This document shows positions 29,616 to 39,947 of a stretch of DNA of 64,000 nucleotides, piece by piece (positions within the stretch are counted from its first letter, which is position 1; every line of letters starts with the position of its first letter). The notes under the pieces are model-generated. The model saw only the letters and a list, made by a program, of their open reading frames with translations, made no database searches and was not told where the DNA came from. The stretch is from NCBI GenBank assembly GCA_964437495.1, contig CAYTGV010000001.1:28552-92551 (forward strand), written 5' to 3'. The position numbers and the translations under genes were made by a program. Source of the stretch: an uncultured Planctomycetia bacterium. Lineage in GTDB: Bacteria > Omnitrophota > Gorgyraeia > B26-G9.

Positions 29616-30731
29616 CTATCCCTCCTTTTTTATAAATCTTTTTCCATCAACTTCTCTGACCATTCCTTTTAGCTGAAGATCAAGCAAGTTTTTATAAACA
29701 CAAGCAGCGCTCAAAAAACTAGTTTTTATAAGCAGATCAATATGCATTGGCTCACTGCTTAGAAATTGAAGCAGCTTTATTTCTTCTGGATTTAGATCCT
29801 CCCTCAAGGCAGACAGCTGTTCATTCGCCTGAGACTTTCCCCCGTAAATATAAGCGCTGATATTGAGTTCTGATATAATATCCTCTACATTTTCCACAAG
29901 TTTCGCCCCTTCTTTGATCAGCTTATTTGTCCCTTTAGCATTCACTGAATTCGCCGCTCCCGGCATAGCAAAAACTTCTCTGTTTTGTGATAATGCCAGA
30001 TTCGCGGTGATCAATGACCCGCTTCTTTGCGCCGCTTCGACAACAACAACTCCAAGGCTCAGGCCGCTTATAATTCGATTGCGTCTGGGAAAATTTCCTC
30101 TATGCGGAGCAGTATTCAAGGGAAATTCAGACATCACAATGCCTTTGCTGCTGATTGAATCAAATAGATCTTTATTTTCCTGCGGGTATATACATTTCAG
30201 TCCGCTACCCAACACCGCGATTGTACTACCGGACTGCTTTAGTGCACCCCTATGCGCAGCAGTATCTATTCCACGCGCAAGGCCAGAAACAACACAGATA
30301 TCCAGTTTTGAAAGAGCTTCTGCAATACTGGCTGATAGGCATACACCGTTAAAGCTCGCTCTGCGACATCCTACGACAGATACAGTTGCTTTATCCAATA
30401 AAGACATATCGCCTTTGACATACAGGCAGATCGGAGGGTCATATATCTCCTTTAATAGTGCCGGGTATGAAGCATCCTCTGGGCATAAAACCTGAACCCG
30501 ACCATCATTGATCTGCCGGATTTCATTATTAAAGATATCCGAAGTCAGTATATTTTTAATATCCCCAGCAATTCGCTCGTTTATACCCTGCACCTTTATC
30601 AAATTCTCTGCTGAGGCTTCAAATATTGCTTTTACACTGCCAAATCCATCCAACAATCGTTTTGTTAACAGCGGGCCTAAACGATTTACCATATTAAGAG
30701 CAATATAATATTTATTTTGTTCCTGATTCAT
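29616..30731 (-). CDS. dprA: DNA processing protein DprA (Smf)
   Basis: 371 aa with a Rossmann-like DprA core (...VVSGLARGIDTAAHRGAL...VVVVEAAQRSGSLITANLA...). Confidence 0.85.
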   Translation of the reverse strand: MNQEQNKYYIALNMVNRLGPLLTKRLLDGFGSVKAIFEASAENLIKVQGINERIAGDIKNILTSDIFNNEIRQINDGRVQVLCPEDASYPALLKEIYDPPICLYVKGDMSLLDKATVSVVGCRRASFNGVCLSASIAEALSKLDICVVSGLARGIDTAAHRGALKQSGSTIAVLGSGLKCIYPQENKDLFDSISSKGIVMSEFPLNTAPHRGNFPRRNRIISGLSLGVVVVEAAQRSGSLITANLALSQNREVFAMPGAANSVNAKGTNKLIKEGAKLVENVEDIISELNISAYIYGGKSQANEQLSALREDLNPEEIKLLQFLSSEPMHIDLLIKTSFLSAACVYKNLLDLQLKGMVREVDGKRFIKKEG

Positions 30732-31242
30732 TTGACATCTGCCCTTCTACCCAGTTCAATATCTGGACTATAACCTCCTGAGTGCTCAACTCAGACGTAT
30801 CTATACTATAATCTGCTTTTGCGTAATAGAGCTTGCGTTTTTCTAAAAGGTCCTTTATCTTTGACTTGGGATCTGCTATATTAAGCAAAGGTCTATGCAT
30901 ATAATTTTTCGTTCTGTTTAAAATAACTTCCGGCGTCGCCTCAAGGCCGATTATAAATCCGTTTTTTTTAAGATTCTTTATATTTTCCTCATCCAGAACC
31001 ACTCCTCCTCCGCAAGCAATGATCAACCCAGTCCCCGATGCGATTTCCGCAACAATATCTTTTTCCACTTTGCGGAAATACGATTCACCTTTATGCAAAA
31101 AGATATCCACGATCACCATGCCTTCTTTTGCTTCAATTTTTTCATCAAGATCGACATAAATCCCATGCAGTTTACTTGCTAAAAGTTCAGCTATGGTTGT
31201 TTTGCCTGTACCCATAAACCCGACTAGCGCAATATTTTTCAT
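30712..31242 (-). CDS. aroK: Shikimate kinase
   Basis: MKNIALVGFMGTGKTTIAELLASKL (P-loop), using the internal start of track ORF 30712..31305. Confidence 0.8.
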   Translation of the reverse strand: MKNIALVGFMGTGKTTIAELLASKLHGIYVDLDEKIEAKEGMVIVDIFLHKGESYFRKVEKDIVAEIASGTGLIIACGGGVVLDEENIKNLKKNGFIIGLEATPEVILNRTKNYMHRPLLNIADPKSKIKDLLEKRKLYYAKADYSIDTSELSTQEVIVQILNWVEGQMSNESGTK

Positions 31243-31255
31243 TTTCTCTGCCTTA

Positions 31256-32662
31256 CTATTTTCCAATACAAAAACGGTTGAAGATATTATCCAGGATATC
31301 TTCATTAATATTATCGCCTACTAATGACCCAAGTGCATTTAAGGCCTGTCTTATTTCAAAAACAAGGCATTCGTCGAATCCTTTATTTTTAATCAGCAAA
31401 ATCGCATTATTGATGAACGACAGACATTCAACAAGTGATTTTTTCTGGCGCAAATTACTAATGGCTAATTCCTCCGGCGCAGTAGCCCCCTCCTTAAAAA
31501 ATTGCGCAATTATCTGCTTCTCAAGCTGCGCCATCCCCTGCTTGCGCAGTGCAGAAATTTTAACCTTTGACGCGCCGGGAAATATTTTTGCAATATCTGC
31601 AGGGTTGATTCTGTTTTTTAAATCAATTTTATTGATAACAATAACAACCCTTTTATCCTTTAGTTTTCCCGCCACTTCAATGTCTGTTTTATTGATCGCC
31701 CGCGATGAGTCCAAAACAAAAAGAACAAGATCTGCTTTTTGAAAAAAAGCCAGACTTCGCGCAACACTCTTTCGTGTTATAACACAAGAGCTGTCCATTA
31801 TCCCAGCAGTATCCGCAATCCTCACAGGGATCCCGTTAATATTGATAAGCTCCTGGACAACGTCGCGTGTAGTGCCTGATATATTTGTAACAATAACTCT
31901 TTCATACTCAACTAATGCATTCATGATGCTTGATTTACCTACATTGGCAGCACCGGCCAGCGCAATACTTATTCCATTCTGCAGCATAATCCCCTTATCG
32001 GCGCTAGCAATAAATTGCTGAAGATCATTTACTGTTTTTCTCAGAACTTTGTTCAGCCTTGCCCCTGACGCCGAAGATATTGACTCCTCCGGAAAATCAA
32101 TTGCTGCTTCAAGCGAAGAAATAAATTCAATAAGCCCTGAGCGTATTTTATTAATAATAGACGAAAGCCTGCCTTCAAGCTGATAAACCGCTGGCTTGAG
32201 CGCTGCTTCTGTTTTAGCATTAATAATATTTAATACTGCCTCTGCCTGTAACAGATCAATGCGTCCATTTAAAAAAGCCCTTTGGGTAAATTCACCCGGA
32301 GCTGCAAGGCGTGCCCCATTACCTATTACCAATTCCAACACTTTCCTTGAAGTAACAATGCCGCCATGACAATTTATTTCCAAAACATCTTCTCTGGTAT
32401 ATGTATGAGGCGCACGCATTACAGTAAAAAGCGCCTCATCAAGTATTCGTAGCTTGGTTATTGATTTATTATTTCCCTCAATAATATGTCCATAGTGTAC
32501 CGTAAAACCCAAGGCCTTTGAAAGCTTTTTGCCGTTTTTTGAGCGGCAAATTTTATCGCCGATTTTTAAAGCCTTTTTACCGCTAAGGCGAACTATCCCA
32601 ATACCTCCTACTCCAGGAGGGGTCGAGATAGCCGCTATTGTATCATCTGGATTTATCTGCAT
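31256..32662 (-). CDS. mnmE: tRNA modification GTPase MnmE
   Basis: 468 aa with an N-terminal THF-binding domain, G-domain (GAANVGKSS...) and C-terminal CIGK. Confidence 0.9.
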   Translation of the reverse strand: MQINPDDTIAAISTPPGVGGIGIVRLSGKKALKIGDKICRSKNGKKLSKALGFTVHYGHIIEGNNKSITKLRILDEALFTVMRAPHTYTREDVLEINCHGGIVTSRKVLELVIGNGARLAAPGEFTQRAFLNGRIDLLQAEAVLNIINAKTEAALKPAVYQLEGRLSSIINKIRSGLIEFISSLEAAIDFPEESISSASGARLNKVLRKTVNDLQQFIASADKGIMLQNGISIALAGAANVGKSSIMNALVEYERVIVTNISGTTRDVVQELININGIPVRIADTAGIMDSSCVITRKSVARSLAFFQKADLVLFVLDSSRAINKTDIEVAGKLKDKRVVIVINKIDLKNRINPADIAKIFPGASKVKISALRKQGMAQLEKQIIAQFFKEGATAPEELAISNLRQKKSLVECLSFINNAILLIKNKGFDECLVFEIRQALNALGSLVGDNINEDILDNIFNRFCIGK

Positions 32663-32673
32663 CTATAAACTTT

Positions 32674-34017
32674 CTAGTAATTCGGAATTTTTAACTCTTT
32701 TAAAGCAATATAAGCTTCTCCAATAAGATACAAACTGCCAGCAACCAAAATAAGGTCATCTTTATTAGAAGTATTTTTAACAGCCAGGCACAATGCCTCC
32801 TGTACTGTTTTAGTTTTTTTTATTATCCGCTTAAACTGAAACATTTTTTGCTCAAGCGTATCAACATCCATTGCTCTGGGATTATCAGCCTGAGTAAGTA
32901 TAATAAGATTTTGACTGCGGGCAATATGGGGGATCATTCCCCGGACATCCTTATCCTTAGAAACACCGAATATCAAAATAGATTTCTTAGGAATAAACAG
33001 CATATTTATCGCTGCCCTTAGGGCATGCGCAGATGCAGGATTCTGCGCGCCGTCAAAAACAAGAAACGGATTACGGTGAACAATATGCATCCGGCCAGGC
33101 CATTGCGCGTTTTCTAAACCCTTTTTAACCGCCAGTGAGGAAATAACGACTTCATGCTGACTTAATAATTGAATTACACTCAGAGCTAATGCGGCATTAA
33201 GGGTTTGGAAATGACCGACAAGTCTTATATGCAGATTCTGATATGAATCCATAATCCCTTTAAAATCAAGGATACTTCCATCCAGATTTTGGCCAATAAC
33301 ATCATAGATAAAATCTTTTCCTATTCTATAATATCGAACATTTTTTTCTTTGCAGATCTTTTCAATTTCACGCCAAGCCTGCAGAGGCTGCGCAACGCTC
33401 ACAACCAAACTATTTTCCTTTATAATTCCCGCTTTTTCACATGCGATCTTTTCCAGAGAATTTCCGAGTATTGCCATATGATCAAAACTTATGCTCGAAA
33501 GTGCGCAGACAAGAGAATCAACAACATTAGTCGCATCAAGCCTACCCCCCATTCCAGTCTCAATAACAGCAAATTCAATTTTTTGATGGGCAAAAAACAA
33601 AAAAGCTAATACCGTATATACTTCGAAGAAGGTCAATCCCTTGATTTCATCTGCATAGGGCTTAATTTCCTCGACCAGAGCAATAACCTCATTTTCTTCA
33701 ATAAGCCGCTCTCTAATCTCAGCCATATCATCTTCGTAGCTTATCTTTATCCGCTCTTTGAAATCAATCAGATGCGGCGAAGTATATAAGCCCACTTTAT
33801 ACCCAGCCTCCATTAAAATAGAAAAAATAAACGCACAGGTAGACCCCTTGCCCTTAGTGCCGGCTATCTGAACTGATCTGAATTGTTCATGCGGATTATC
33901 CAGCTTCTTTAATAAAGCCTTGACCCTTTCCAGAGTAATATTCTTATATTCATAATCAGTGATTTTTTCATAATCAGTAAATGAGTTTAAATAGTTTATT
34001 GCCTCCTGGTAATTCAT
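32674..34017 (-). CDS. folC: Folylpolyglutamate synthase / dihydrofolate synthase
   Basis: Mur-ligase P-loop IAGTKGKGSTCAFIFSIL; 447 aa. Confidence 0.8.
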   Translation of the reverse strand: MNYQEAINYLNSFTDYEKITDYEYKNITLERVKALLKKLDNPHEQFRSVQIAGTKGKGSTCAFIFSILMEAGYKVGLYTSPHLIDFKERIKISYEDDMAEIRERLIEENEVIALVEEIKPYADEIKGLTFFEVYTVLAFLFFAHQKIEFAVIETGMGGRLDATNVVDSLVCALSSISFDHMAILGNSLEKIACEKAGIIKENSLVVSVAQPLQAWREIEKICKEKNVRYYRIGKDFIYDVIGQNLDGSILDFKGIMDSYQNLHIRLVGHFQTLNAALALSVIQLLSQHEVVISSLAVKKGLENAQWPGRMHIVHRNPFLVFDGAQNPASAHALRAAINMLFIPKKSILIFGVSKDKDVRGMIPHIARSQNLIILTQADNPRAMDVDTLEQKMFQFKRIIKKTKTVQEALCLAVKNTSNKDDLILVAGSLYLIGEAYIALKELKIPNY

Positions 34018-34031
34018 AAAGCTTCCTCTTT

Positions 34032-35603
34032 TTAATGCTTAAAATGTCTAACTCCGGTTACAACCATTGCAATACCGGCTTCTTCTGCGGCCTGAACAAC
34101 CTCCCCATCCCTTATAGACCCGCCGGGTTGAATAATAGCACAAATTCCGACCTTTGCCGCGACTTCTATTGAATCTGCTTTTGGAAAAAAGGCATCACTT
34201 GCCAATACCGTCCCTTGTGTCTTGCCCTGTGCTTTTCTTATAGCAATTATCACACTATCCACTCGACTCATCTGCCCTGCGCCTATACCAACTGTCTTTG
34301 TATCAGATGCTAAGACAATAGCATTTGACCTAACGTGTTTTGCCACTGTCTGCGCAAATAAAAGCGACTTAATCTGCTCCTTTGTTGGTTGGTTGCTGGT
34401 CACAACCTTCAGGCTTTCATCATAGATACTCACATTGTCTTTAGTCTCAACAAGTAAACCTCCGGCTACACGTTTAAAATCCAATTCTCTGCTGAACTCG
34501 TTTGGCTTGATAATTTCATCCGTTTCCATGATCCGCAGGTTTTTCTTTTTTCTGAGTATCTCAAGCGCCGCAGCGGAAAAACCCGGGGCAATAACGCATT
34601 CCACAAAACCGCCGGAAAAAATCGCCTCAGCTGTCATCTGATCGACCTGCCGGTTTAACCCGACAATACTCCCGAATGCAGAAAGGGCATCACAGGCGAG
34701 GGCATCCTTATAGGCCAAAGATAAATTTTCTCCCGCAGAAACCCCGCAGGGATTATTATGTTTGATTATGCTTACAGCCGGCATATTGAAATCTTTAACA
34801 ATATTTAAGGCCGCATCCAGATCCATGATATTATTAAATGACAATTCCTTGCCATGCAGCTGACGGGCTTTAACAATCCCCTGTAAGGCTACTGCTTTTT
34901 CTTTATAAAAAGCAGCCTTTTGATGCGGATTTTCACCATAACGCAATTCCTGCACTTTTTCAAAATCAAGGCTTAGATTTTGCGCTAAGGCCTGTTTTTG
35001 CTGCCCCGGTGATCTTCGGCTACTGAGATAAGCTGCAATGCTTCTATCATATGCGCAGGTTCGATCAAAAACCTCAACTGCAAGTTCCAAGCAGGTTGAT
35101 TTTGAAATCTCTCCCTTATTCTCCTTCATTTCATTCATTACCTGATCATAACGCTGCGGATTACATATAACAGCAACGCTTCTGGAATTTTTAGCAGCAG
35201 AGCGCAGCATTGAGGGACCGCCTATATCAATATTTTCTATTGCCTCATCAACAGTTGTCTTAGGATCAGCAATCGTCTTTTCAAATGGATACAGATTTAC
35301 GATCACCAAATCAATAAGCTCTAGCCCAAACGTTTTAACCTGCTCACAATGCTCTTTATTATCACGCAATGCCAACAATGCACCATGAATTTTGGGATGT
35401 AATGTTTTCACTCGACCATTAAGCATTTCATCGCTATTGGTTAACTCACTGACCAGTCTAACCGGCACTCCAAGCTCACGAATAAATTTCGCCGTGCCGC
35501 CAGTTGAAACAATCTCAATCCCATACTCATGTAAAAATTTTACAATTTTCTCCAAACCGCTCTTATCTGATACGCTAATTAAAGCCCTTCTAATCTTAAC
35601 CAC
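34032..35603 (-). CDS. purH: Bifunctional AICAR transformylase / IMP cyclohydrolase
   Basis: MVKIRRALISVSDKSGLEKIVKFLHEYGIEIVSTGGTAKFI (MGS-like N-terminus); 523 aa. Confidence 0.9.
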   Translation of the reverse strand: MVKIRRALISVSDKSGLEKIVKFLHEYGIEIVSTGGTAKFIRELGVPVRLVSELTNSDEMLNGRVKTLHPKIHGALLALRDNKEHCEQVKTFGLELIDLVIVNLYPFEKTIADPKTTVDEAIENIDIGGPSMLRSAAKNSRSVAVICNPQRYDQVMNEMKENKGEISKSTCLELAVEVFDRTCAYDRSIAAYLSSRRSPGQQKQALAQNLSLDFEKVQELRYGENPHQKAAFYKEKAVALQGIVKARQLHGKELSFNNIMDLDAALNIVKDFNMPAVSIIKHNNPCGVSAGENLSLAYKDALACDALSAFGSIVGLNRQVDQMTAEAIFSGGFVECVIAPGFSAAALEILRKKKNLRIMETDEIIKPNEFSRELDFKRVAGGLLVETKDNVSIYDESLKVVTSNQPTKEQIKSLLFAQTVAKHVRSNAIVLASDTKTVGIGAGQMSRVDSVIIAIRKAQGKTQGTVLASDAFFPKADSIEVAAKVGICAIIQPGGSIRDGEVVQAAEEAGIAMVVTGVRHFKH

Positions 35604-35623
35604 TTTTTTCTCCTTAAAGTTTA

Positions 35624-36622
35624 CTACTTAACAAAAACCTTCTTTGATTGAAAATCAGGCATATAGGCATCACTGCTTTTTAACGCTTGTATCCAGCACT
35701 GTTCAAAACCGATTTTTTCTACATACTCAACTAACTCATTATAAAAAACACTATCAATTCTCTTATTTAACTCATCTATTTCACTCGCCTGATAACAGGG
35801 AGCATACTGACTCATCAGGCTAAGACCAATATTGCTTCCAATATCATTCTTTAAAAAATCAAGCACTTCAAAACTGCCGGACAAATTCCCCGGCAATACT
35901 AAATGTCTTATAAGCAGCCCTCTATAAGCACAACCATCAGAATCTTGAGCAAAATCACCCACCTGATTATACATGATCTTAATTGTCCGCTTTGCCGTAC
36001 TCACATAATTCGTGATACCCGAATATCGCAAAGCTATAGAATCATCAAAATATTTCAAATCAGGCATATAGATATCAACGATTCCATCCAATAATTCCAA
36101 GGCTGTTTTGCTCTCATAAGCATTTGTATTATATAAAATCGGCAGGCAAAGTCCCTGCTGCTTAGCCAAATAAATCGCCTCGATAATCTGCGGCAGAAAG
36201 TGTGTCGGCGACACCAGATCAATATTCTGCGCTCCCTGTTTCTGCAATTTTAGCATTATCGAGGCTAACTGCCCAGGACTAAATTCATCTTTTATCTGCT
36301 TTTGCCTGGAGATCTGAAAATTCTGGCAATAAACGCATTTAAAGTTGCAATGGCTAAAAAAAATAGCACCAGCCCCGCCTTTATCAGCAAACGGAGGTTC
36401 TTCACCTTTATGAATCCCCCAATAAGCCACTTCGACATTTTCCCCTGCCTGGCAAAAACCCAGTTCTGCTATGCTTCTGTTAACCGAACATATATGTTCA
36501 CATAAGCAACAATCATTGAGTACCGTCTTCGCCTGTTCTATCTTTTGCAAAAAAACATTCTTATCAAGACCTATATAACTTGCCTGAATGCCCATATTTA
36601 ATTCTTTTTTTGAGCTCCGCAT
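35624..36622 (-). CDS. Radical SAM enzyme, PFL-activase-like; AmmeMemoRadiSam-type N-terminal Cys cluster
   Basis: CLCEHICSVNRSIAELGFC followed by CNFKCVYCQN (a CxxxCxxC motif). No AMMECR1 or Memo gene in the window. Confidence 0.65.
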   Translation of the reverse strand: MRSSKKELNMGIQASYIGLDKNVFLQKIEQAKTVLNDCCLCEHICSVNRSIAELGFCQAGENVEVAYWGIHKGEEPPFADKGGAGAIFFSHCNFKCVYCQNFQISRQKQIKDEFSPGQLASIMLKLQKQGAQNIDLVSPTHFLPQIIEAIYLAKQQGLCLPILYNTNAYESKTALELLDGIVDIYMPDLKYFDDSIALRYSGITNYVSTAKRTIKIMYNQVGDFAQDSDGCAYRGLLIRHLVLPGNLSGSFEVLDFLKNDIGSNIGLSLMSQYAPCYQASEIDELNKRIDSVFYNELVEYVEKIGFEQCWIQALKSSDAYMPDFQSKKVFVK

Positions 36623-38097
36623 ATATCCTTAACCAGTTGTTTCGCTTCTTTCTTATTTTGAATTATCTTAAGCGCCTGCGCCTCTTCTACTTCTTTCAGG
36701 AGCTTCCCGATTAAAGGTGAAGGCTTTAAGTCCAGTAATTTTATTATTTCATTTCCATCTAGCAATCGTGGCCTTGCTTGATTCTTAGCCGCATTTTTAA
36801 ATAATGCAATTATCATGTTAACTAGTTCATCTTCTAAAAAAATAAAACTCTTTTTACGGCTCAAAACACCCTGCATCGCATTGCGGTCGGCAATAGTCAA
36901 GAGCAAGATCATTATAGCATTATCAGCCGTATCCCGGAAAAATCTAAATTTCGCTTTATTGCTGGGAACATAGTTTACAATCTGCCCTGCACGTAAATGA
37001 TACCGCACAAGACTTTTAAGTACACCAACCTCTTTAGCTGAAAGTTTCAGTCTTTGGCCAATATCCTTGACTATATTCGCACCCTCTTTTTCATGTCCAT
37101 AAAAATGTATTTTCCCATCAACCCCCGTAAATCTTGTTGCCGGTTTTCCAATATCATGTAAAATACAAGCTAGTTTCAACAGCCATAAACGCGAATGTGC
37201 CCCGGATATCTTTTCATTTAAGTAAATATGTGTAAGACGCGAATATTTTTTATAGATCTTCTTATCCAATATCCTTAAAAGTTTCTCCAGCTCAGCCAAG
37301 GTCTGAAGTGAATGATCCCATGCATCCAAATGGTGAAAGCCGCCCTGGTCAAGCCCGATCAGACTTATTGTCTCGGGGAGAATCACCGCTAAAACCCCAA
37401 GCCTGTTCATCTCAACAATATATTTAAAAGAGTTCTCACTGGAAAAAATTTTCACCAGCTCTTCACAAATCCGTTCTGGTGAAGTCATTTTTAACCGGTA
37501 AACACTCTTTTTAGCAAGCTCCTTTGATCTTTCATCAAAATCGAAACCAAACGTAGCACAGAAAGTGAATCCTCTTAATATTCGCAAAGGATCACTGATA
37601 AAGTTACGCTCATATGTCAATCGAACACATTTATTTTTAATATCCCGTAATGCCGAAAAATGATCTAAAAAAGCCTTTTTCACAGGATTTCTCATCAGCG
37701 CATGAAGATCAAGGCAAAGTGTATTTATAGTAAAATCTCGCCGCCTAAGGTCTTCTTTAATATTTATTCCTTTAAAATTACTAAAGTCAAGTTCACAGGG
37801 ATTGCCTTTGCTTTTACAAATCACTCTCGCCGTTGAACCAGAGCGATCAAAAATAAAGAATGAAGCTCCCAGCTTTTTTGCTACCCGTTTGCCAAGTAAC
37901 AAAGCTTTGTGACTTACAGCAAAATCCCAATCAAATTTTTTATATAATCTTTTGCTTAAAAACAGATTGCGTAAAGCCCCGCCGACAAGATAAACATTTA
38001 CATTAAGCTCTAAAGCAATAGACTCTATGAGCTTCAGTATCATGTTTTGCTTTAACGCTTTTAATCTAGATGCTGTGATCCTTGTAGTTTTAGCCAT
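36598..38097 (-). CDS. cca: CCA-adding tRNA nucleotidyltransferase / poly(A) polymerase family with HD domain
   Basis: Polymerase-beta head (LVGGALRNLFL...) and an HD motif (ACILHDIGK). Confidence 0.75.
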   Translation of the reverse strand: MAKTTRITASRLKALKQNMILKLIESIALELNVNVYLVGGALRNLFLSKRLYKKFDWDFAVSHKALLLGKRVAKKLGASFFIFDRSGSTARVICKSKGNPCELDFSNFKGINIKEDLRRRDFTINTLCLDLHALMRNPVKKAFLDHFSALRDIKNKCVRLTYERNFISDPLRILRGFTFCATFGFDFDERSKELAKKSVYRLKMTSPERICEELVKIFSSENSFKYIVEMNRLGVLAVILPETISLIGLDQGGFHHLDAWDHSLQTLAELEKLLRILDKKIYKKYSRLTHIYLNEKISGAHSRLWLLKLACILHDIGKPATRFTGVDGKIHFYGHEKEGANIVKDIGQRLKLSAKEVGVLKSLVRYHLRAGQIVNYVPSNKAKFRFFRDTADNAIMILLLTIADRNAMQGVLSRKKSFIFLEDELVNMIIALFKNAAKNQARPRLLDGNEIIKLLDLKPSPLIGKLLKEVEEAQALKIIQNKKEAKQLVKDICGAQKKN

Positions 38098-38494
38098 TTA
38101 AGAATTGTAGTTTTTTAAACACTTCTTCTTCAACAAAAATCGGCGCTTGTGTACGCAAAGCAAGCGCAATACTATCACTTGGACGCGCATCGATATTTAT
38201 AACCCTTTTATCAGCAGTGCGCAAAAATAGCTGTGCATAAAAAGTGTTTCCCTCCAGTTTATTTATAATAACACTTTGAATCTGTGCTCCCATCTGATCA
38301 AGAATATTTTTTAGTAAATCATGCGTTAGCGGACGAGGCGGCCTAATATTACTTACTTTCATTTTAATTGCCGCCGCCTCTGCCACTCCAATAATTATCG
38401 GTATCTGCCTCTGGCCATCCTTCTCTTTTAGAATAATTATTTGATCATGCTTATTCTCATGCATAATAATTTTATAAAGGCTTACGCTTACCAT
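38090..38494 (-). CDS. Bifunctional-nuclease-domain (DUF151) protein
   Basis: 134 aa; ...[23 protein letters not shown]...RPLTHDL... is the DUF151/BFN pattern. Confidence 0.6.
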   Translation of the reverse strand: MVSVSLYKIIMHENKHDQIIILKEKDGQRQIPIIIGVAEAAAIKMKVSNIRPPRPLTHDLLKNILDQMGAQIQSVIINKLEGNTFYAQLFLRTADKRVINIDARPSDSIALALRTQAPIFVEEEVFKKLQFLNG

Positions 38495-38922
38495 TGGGGC
38501 TCCTTCCCGATTTTAGAACAAAAATAGTCTTTAAGTATTTTTTTGTGATCAAAAGCTATATCCACCGGCAGATTTTCCAGACTGAAAACTACGGCATTTT
38601 TTGCGTCACTACCAGCACACAGATCCCCCCTGCCAACAGCAGTGAAAACAACTGATATTGTATGCCCTCTCGGGTCACGCTCTGGATCAGAATAAGCATG
38701 AAATTGCTTCAGATCGTAAACAGCCAAATTAGTTTCTTCCTTTGCTTCTCGGATTGCTGCTGTTTCCAGACTTTCCTTATAATCGACAAATCCTCCGGGG
38801 ATCGCCCATCCATAGGGAGAATTCTTTCTTTCAACAAGAATAACTCCGTTTCCGCATTCAATAATAATATCTACAGTCGGCAATGGATTTCTATTTTTCA
38901 ACATAAAACACTCTAGCCTCAA
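38488..38922 (-). CDS. NUDIX hydrolase
   Basis: Nudix box [24 protein letters not shown]. Confidence 0.8.
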   Translation of the reverse strand: MRLECFMLKNRNPLPTVDIIIECGNGVILVERKNSPYGWAIPGGFVDYKESLETAAIREAKEETNLAVYDLKQFHAYSDPERDPRGHTISVVFTAVGRGDLCAGSDAKNAVVFSLENLPVDIAFDHKKILKDYFCSKIGKEPQW

Positions 38923-38925
38923 ACA

Positions 38926-39570
38926 TCAAGTCACCAGGCCAATTGCCCGGAAAAATATATCCACACTATTCGGATCAGGTATAAGCATAAAATTTCCGTT
39001 AAGCTGCTGATTATCTGTAGCAAAAGAAGTATTAATGCTTATGCCCTCATTTGATTTCATGGTATTCTTAATAAAATCAGCAAACTCATCATCCCCAAAA
39101 CTTACCGCGGGAATACCGCAATTAGTCTGCAAATTAAACATAGAATCAACCGCAGAAAAATAAGTATTTGCAATAATACTTACAATCTCACCGAAAATAC
39201 ACTTTTGGTCCTCCATGGACAGACAGTTAACATCAGTAGAGTCTAGTCCCTCACCATTAACAAATTTATTCATCAGATCCAAGGCATCATTTTTTGAGAA
39301 TATGATCAAAGTTTCCGTGAAATCAGATATCCCCTCAACAGTAAGATATGCTACTACCATCATACTTGTGTCATTTGAGACTAGACGTGATTTATAAAAA
39401 TCACTCATATCAGGCAAAGAAATATCAATTTTTTCTCCGGATATTTCTCCGATAGCTTTTGCTACATGACTAATGCCGATATTGGCAAGTTCCTTCAGCG
39501 CAGAGCTCTTTAATTCATCAAACTGGCTAACACACTCCATTTCATCTAACCCCTTTTTCTCTTCATCCAT
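38926..39570 (-). CDS. CheC/CheX-family chemotaxis phosphatase-like protein
   Basis: ELANIGISHVAKAIGEISG matches the CheC E..N-IG..-AA-ALS motif. Confidence 0.55.
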   Translation of the reverse strand: MDEEKKGLDEMECVSQFDELKSSALKELANIGISHVAKAIGEISGEKIDISLPDMSDFYKSRLVSNDTSMMVVAYLTVEGISDFTETLIIFSKNDALDLMNKFVNGEGLDSTDVNCLSMEDQKCIFGEIVSIIANTYFSAVDSMFNLQTNCGIPAVSFGDDEFADFIKNTMKSNEGISINTSFATDNQQLNGNFMLIPDPNSVDIFFRAIGLVT

Positions 39571-39935
39571 CTGGTAAACATCCCCTTAGATCTAATATCA
39601 TTTCTTACATTCAGAAGATCCTGATCAATGTTCATATAATCAAAATCATCATACCCTAGATTAACCGCTTTTTTAAGCGCCTCAATCGCTTCGTTTATAT
39701 TTGCCGTTAAAGAATAACTGCAAGCAAGGTTATAATATACAATAGCATCATCCGGCCTAAGCGTGCTAAGACGCTTATCAATAACCAGTCCTCTATCGTA
39801 ATCTCCGGCTTTCGTATAGGCCTCAGCCAGAGGAATAAGCACATCTACAAAATCAACATTTTCTTTGATAAGCTTTTCGAAAAATTCTATTTCAAAATCC
39901 ATTATATTTTTATCGCTTTCGCTATTTTTCTTCAA
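39546..39935 (-). CDS. TPR-repeat protein
   Basis: 129 aa with TPR-like A..Y..LA..Y repeats. Confidence 0.5.
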   Translation of the reverse strand: MKKNSESDKNIMDFEIEFFEKLIKENVDFVDVLIPLAEAYTKAGDYDRGLVIDKRLSTLRPDDAIVYYNLACSYSLTANINEAIEALKKAVNLGYDDFDYMNIDQDLLNVRNDIRSKGMFTRWMKRKRG

Positions 39936-39947
39936 TTTCTTGCTCCC

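Noticed and set aside
29863-30495. 210-aa + strand ORF antisense to dprA, and similar long antisense ORFs (2884..3246, 6159..6482, 15445..15735, 46168..46650, 58136..58609)
   Set aside because: Each fully overlaps a well-supported conserved gene on the other strand and shows biased composition with no RBS.
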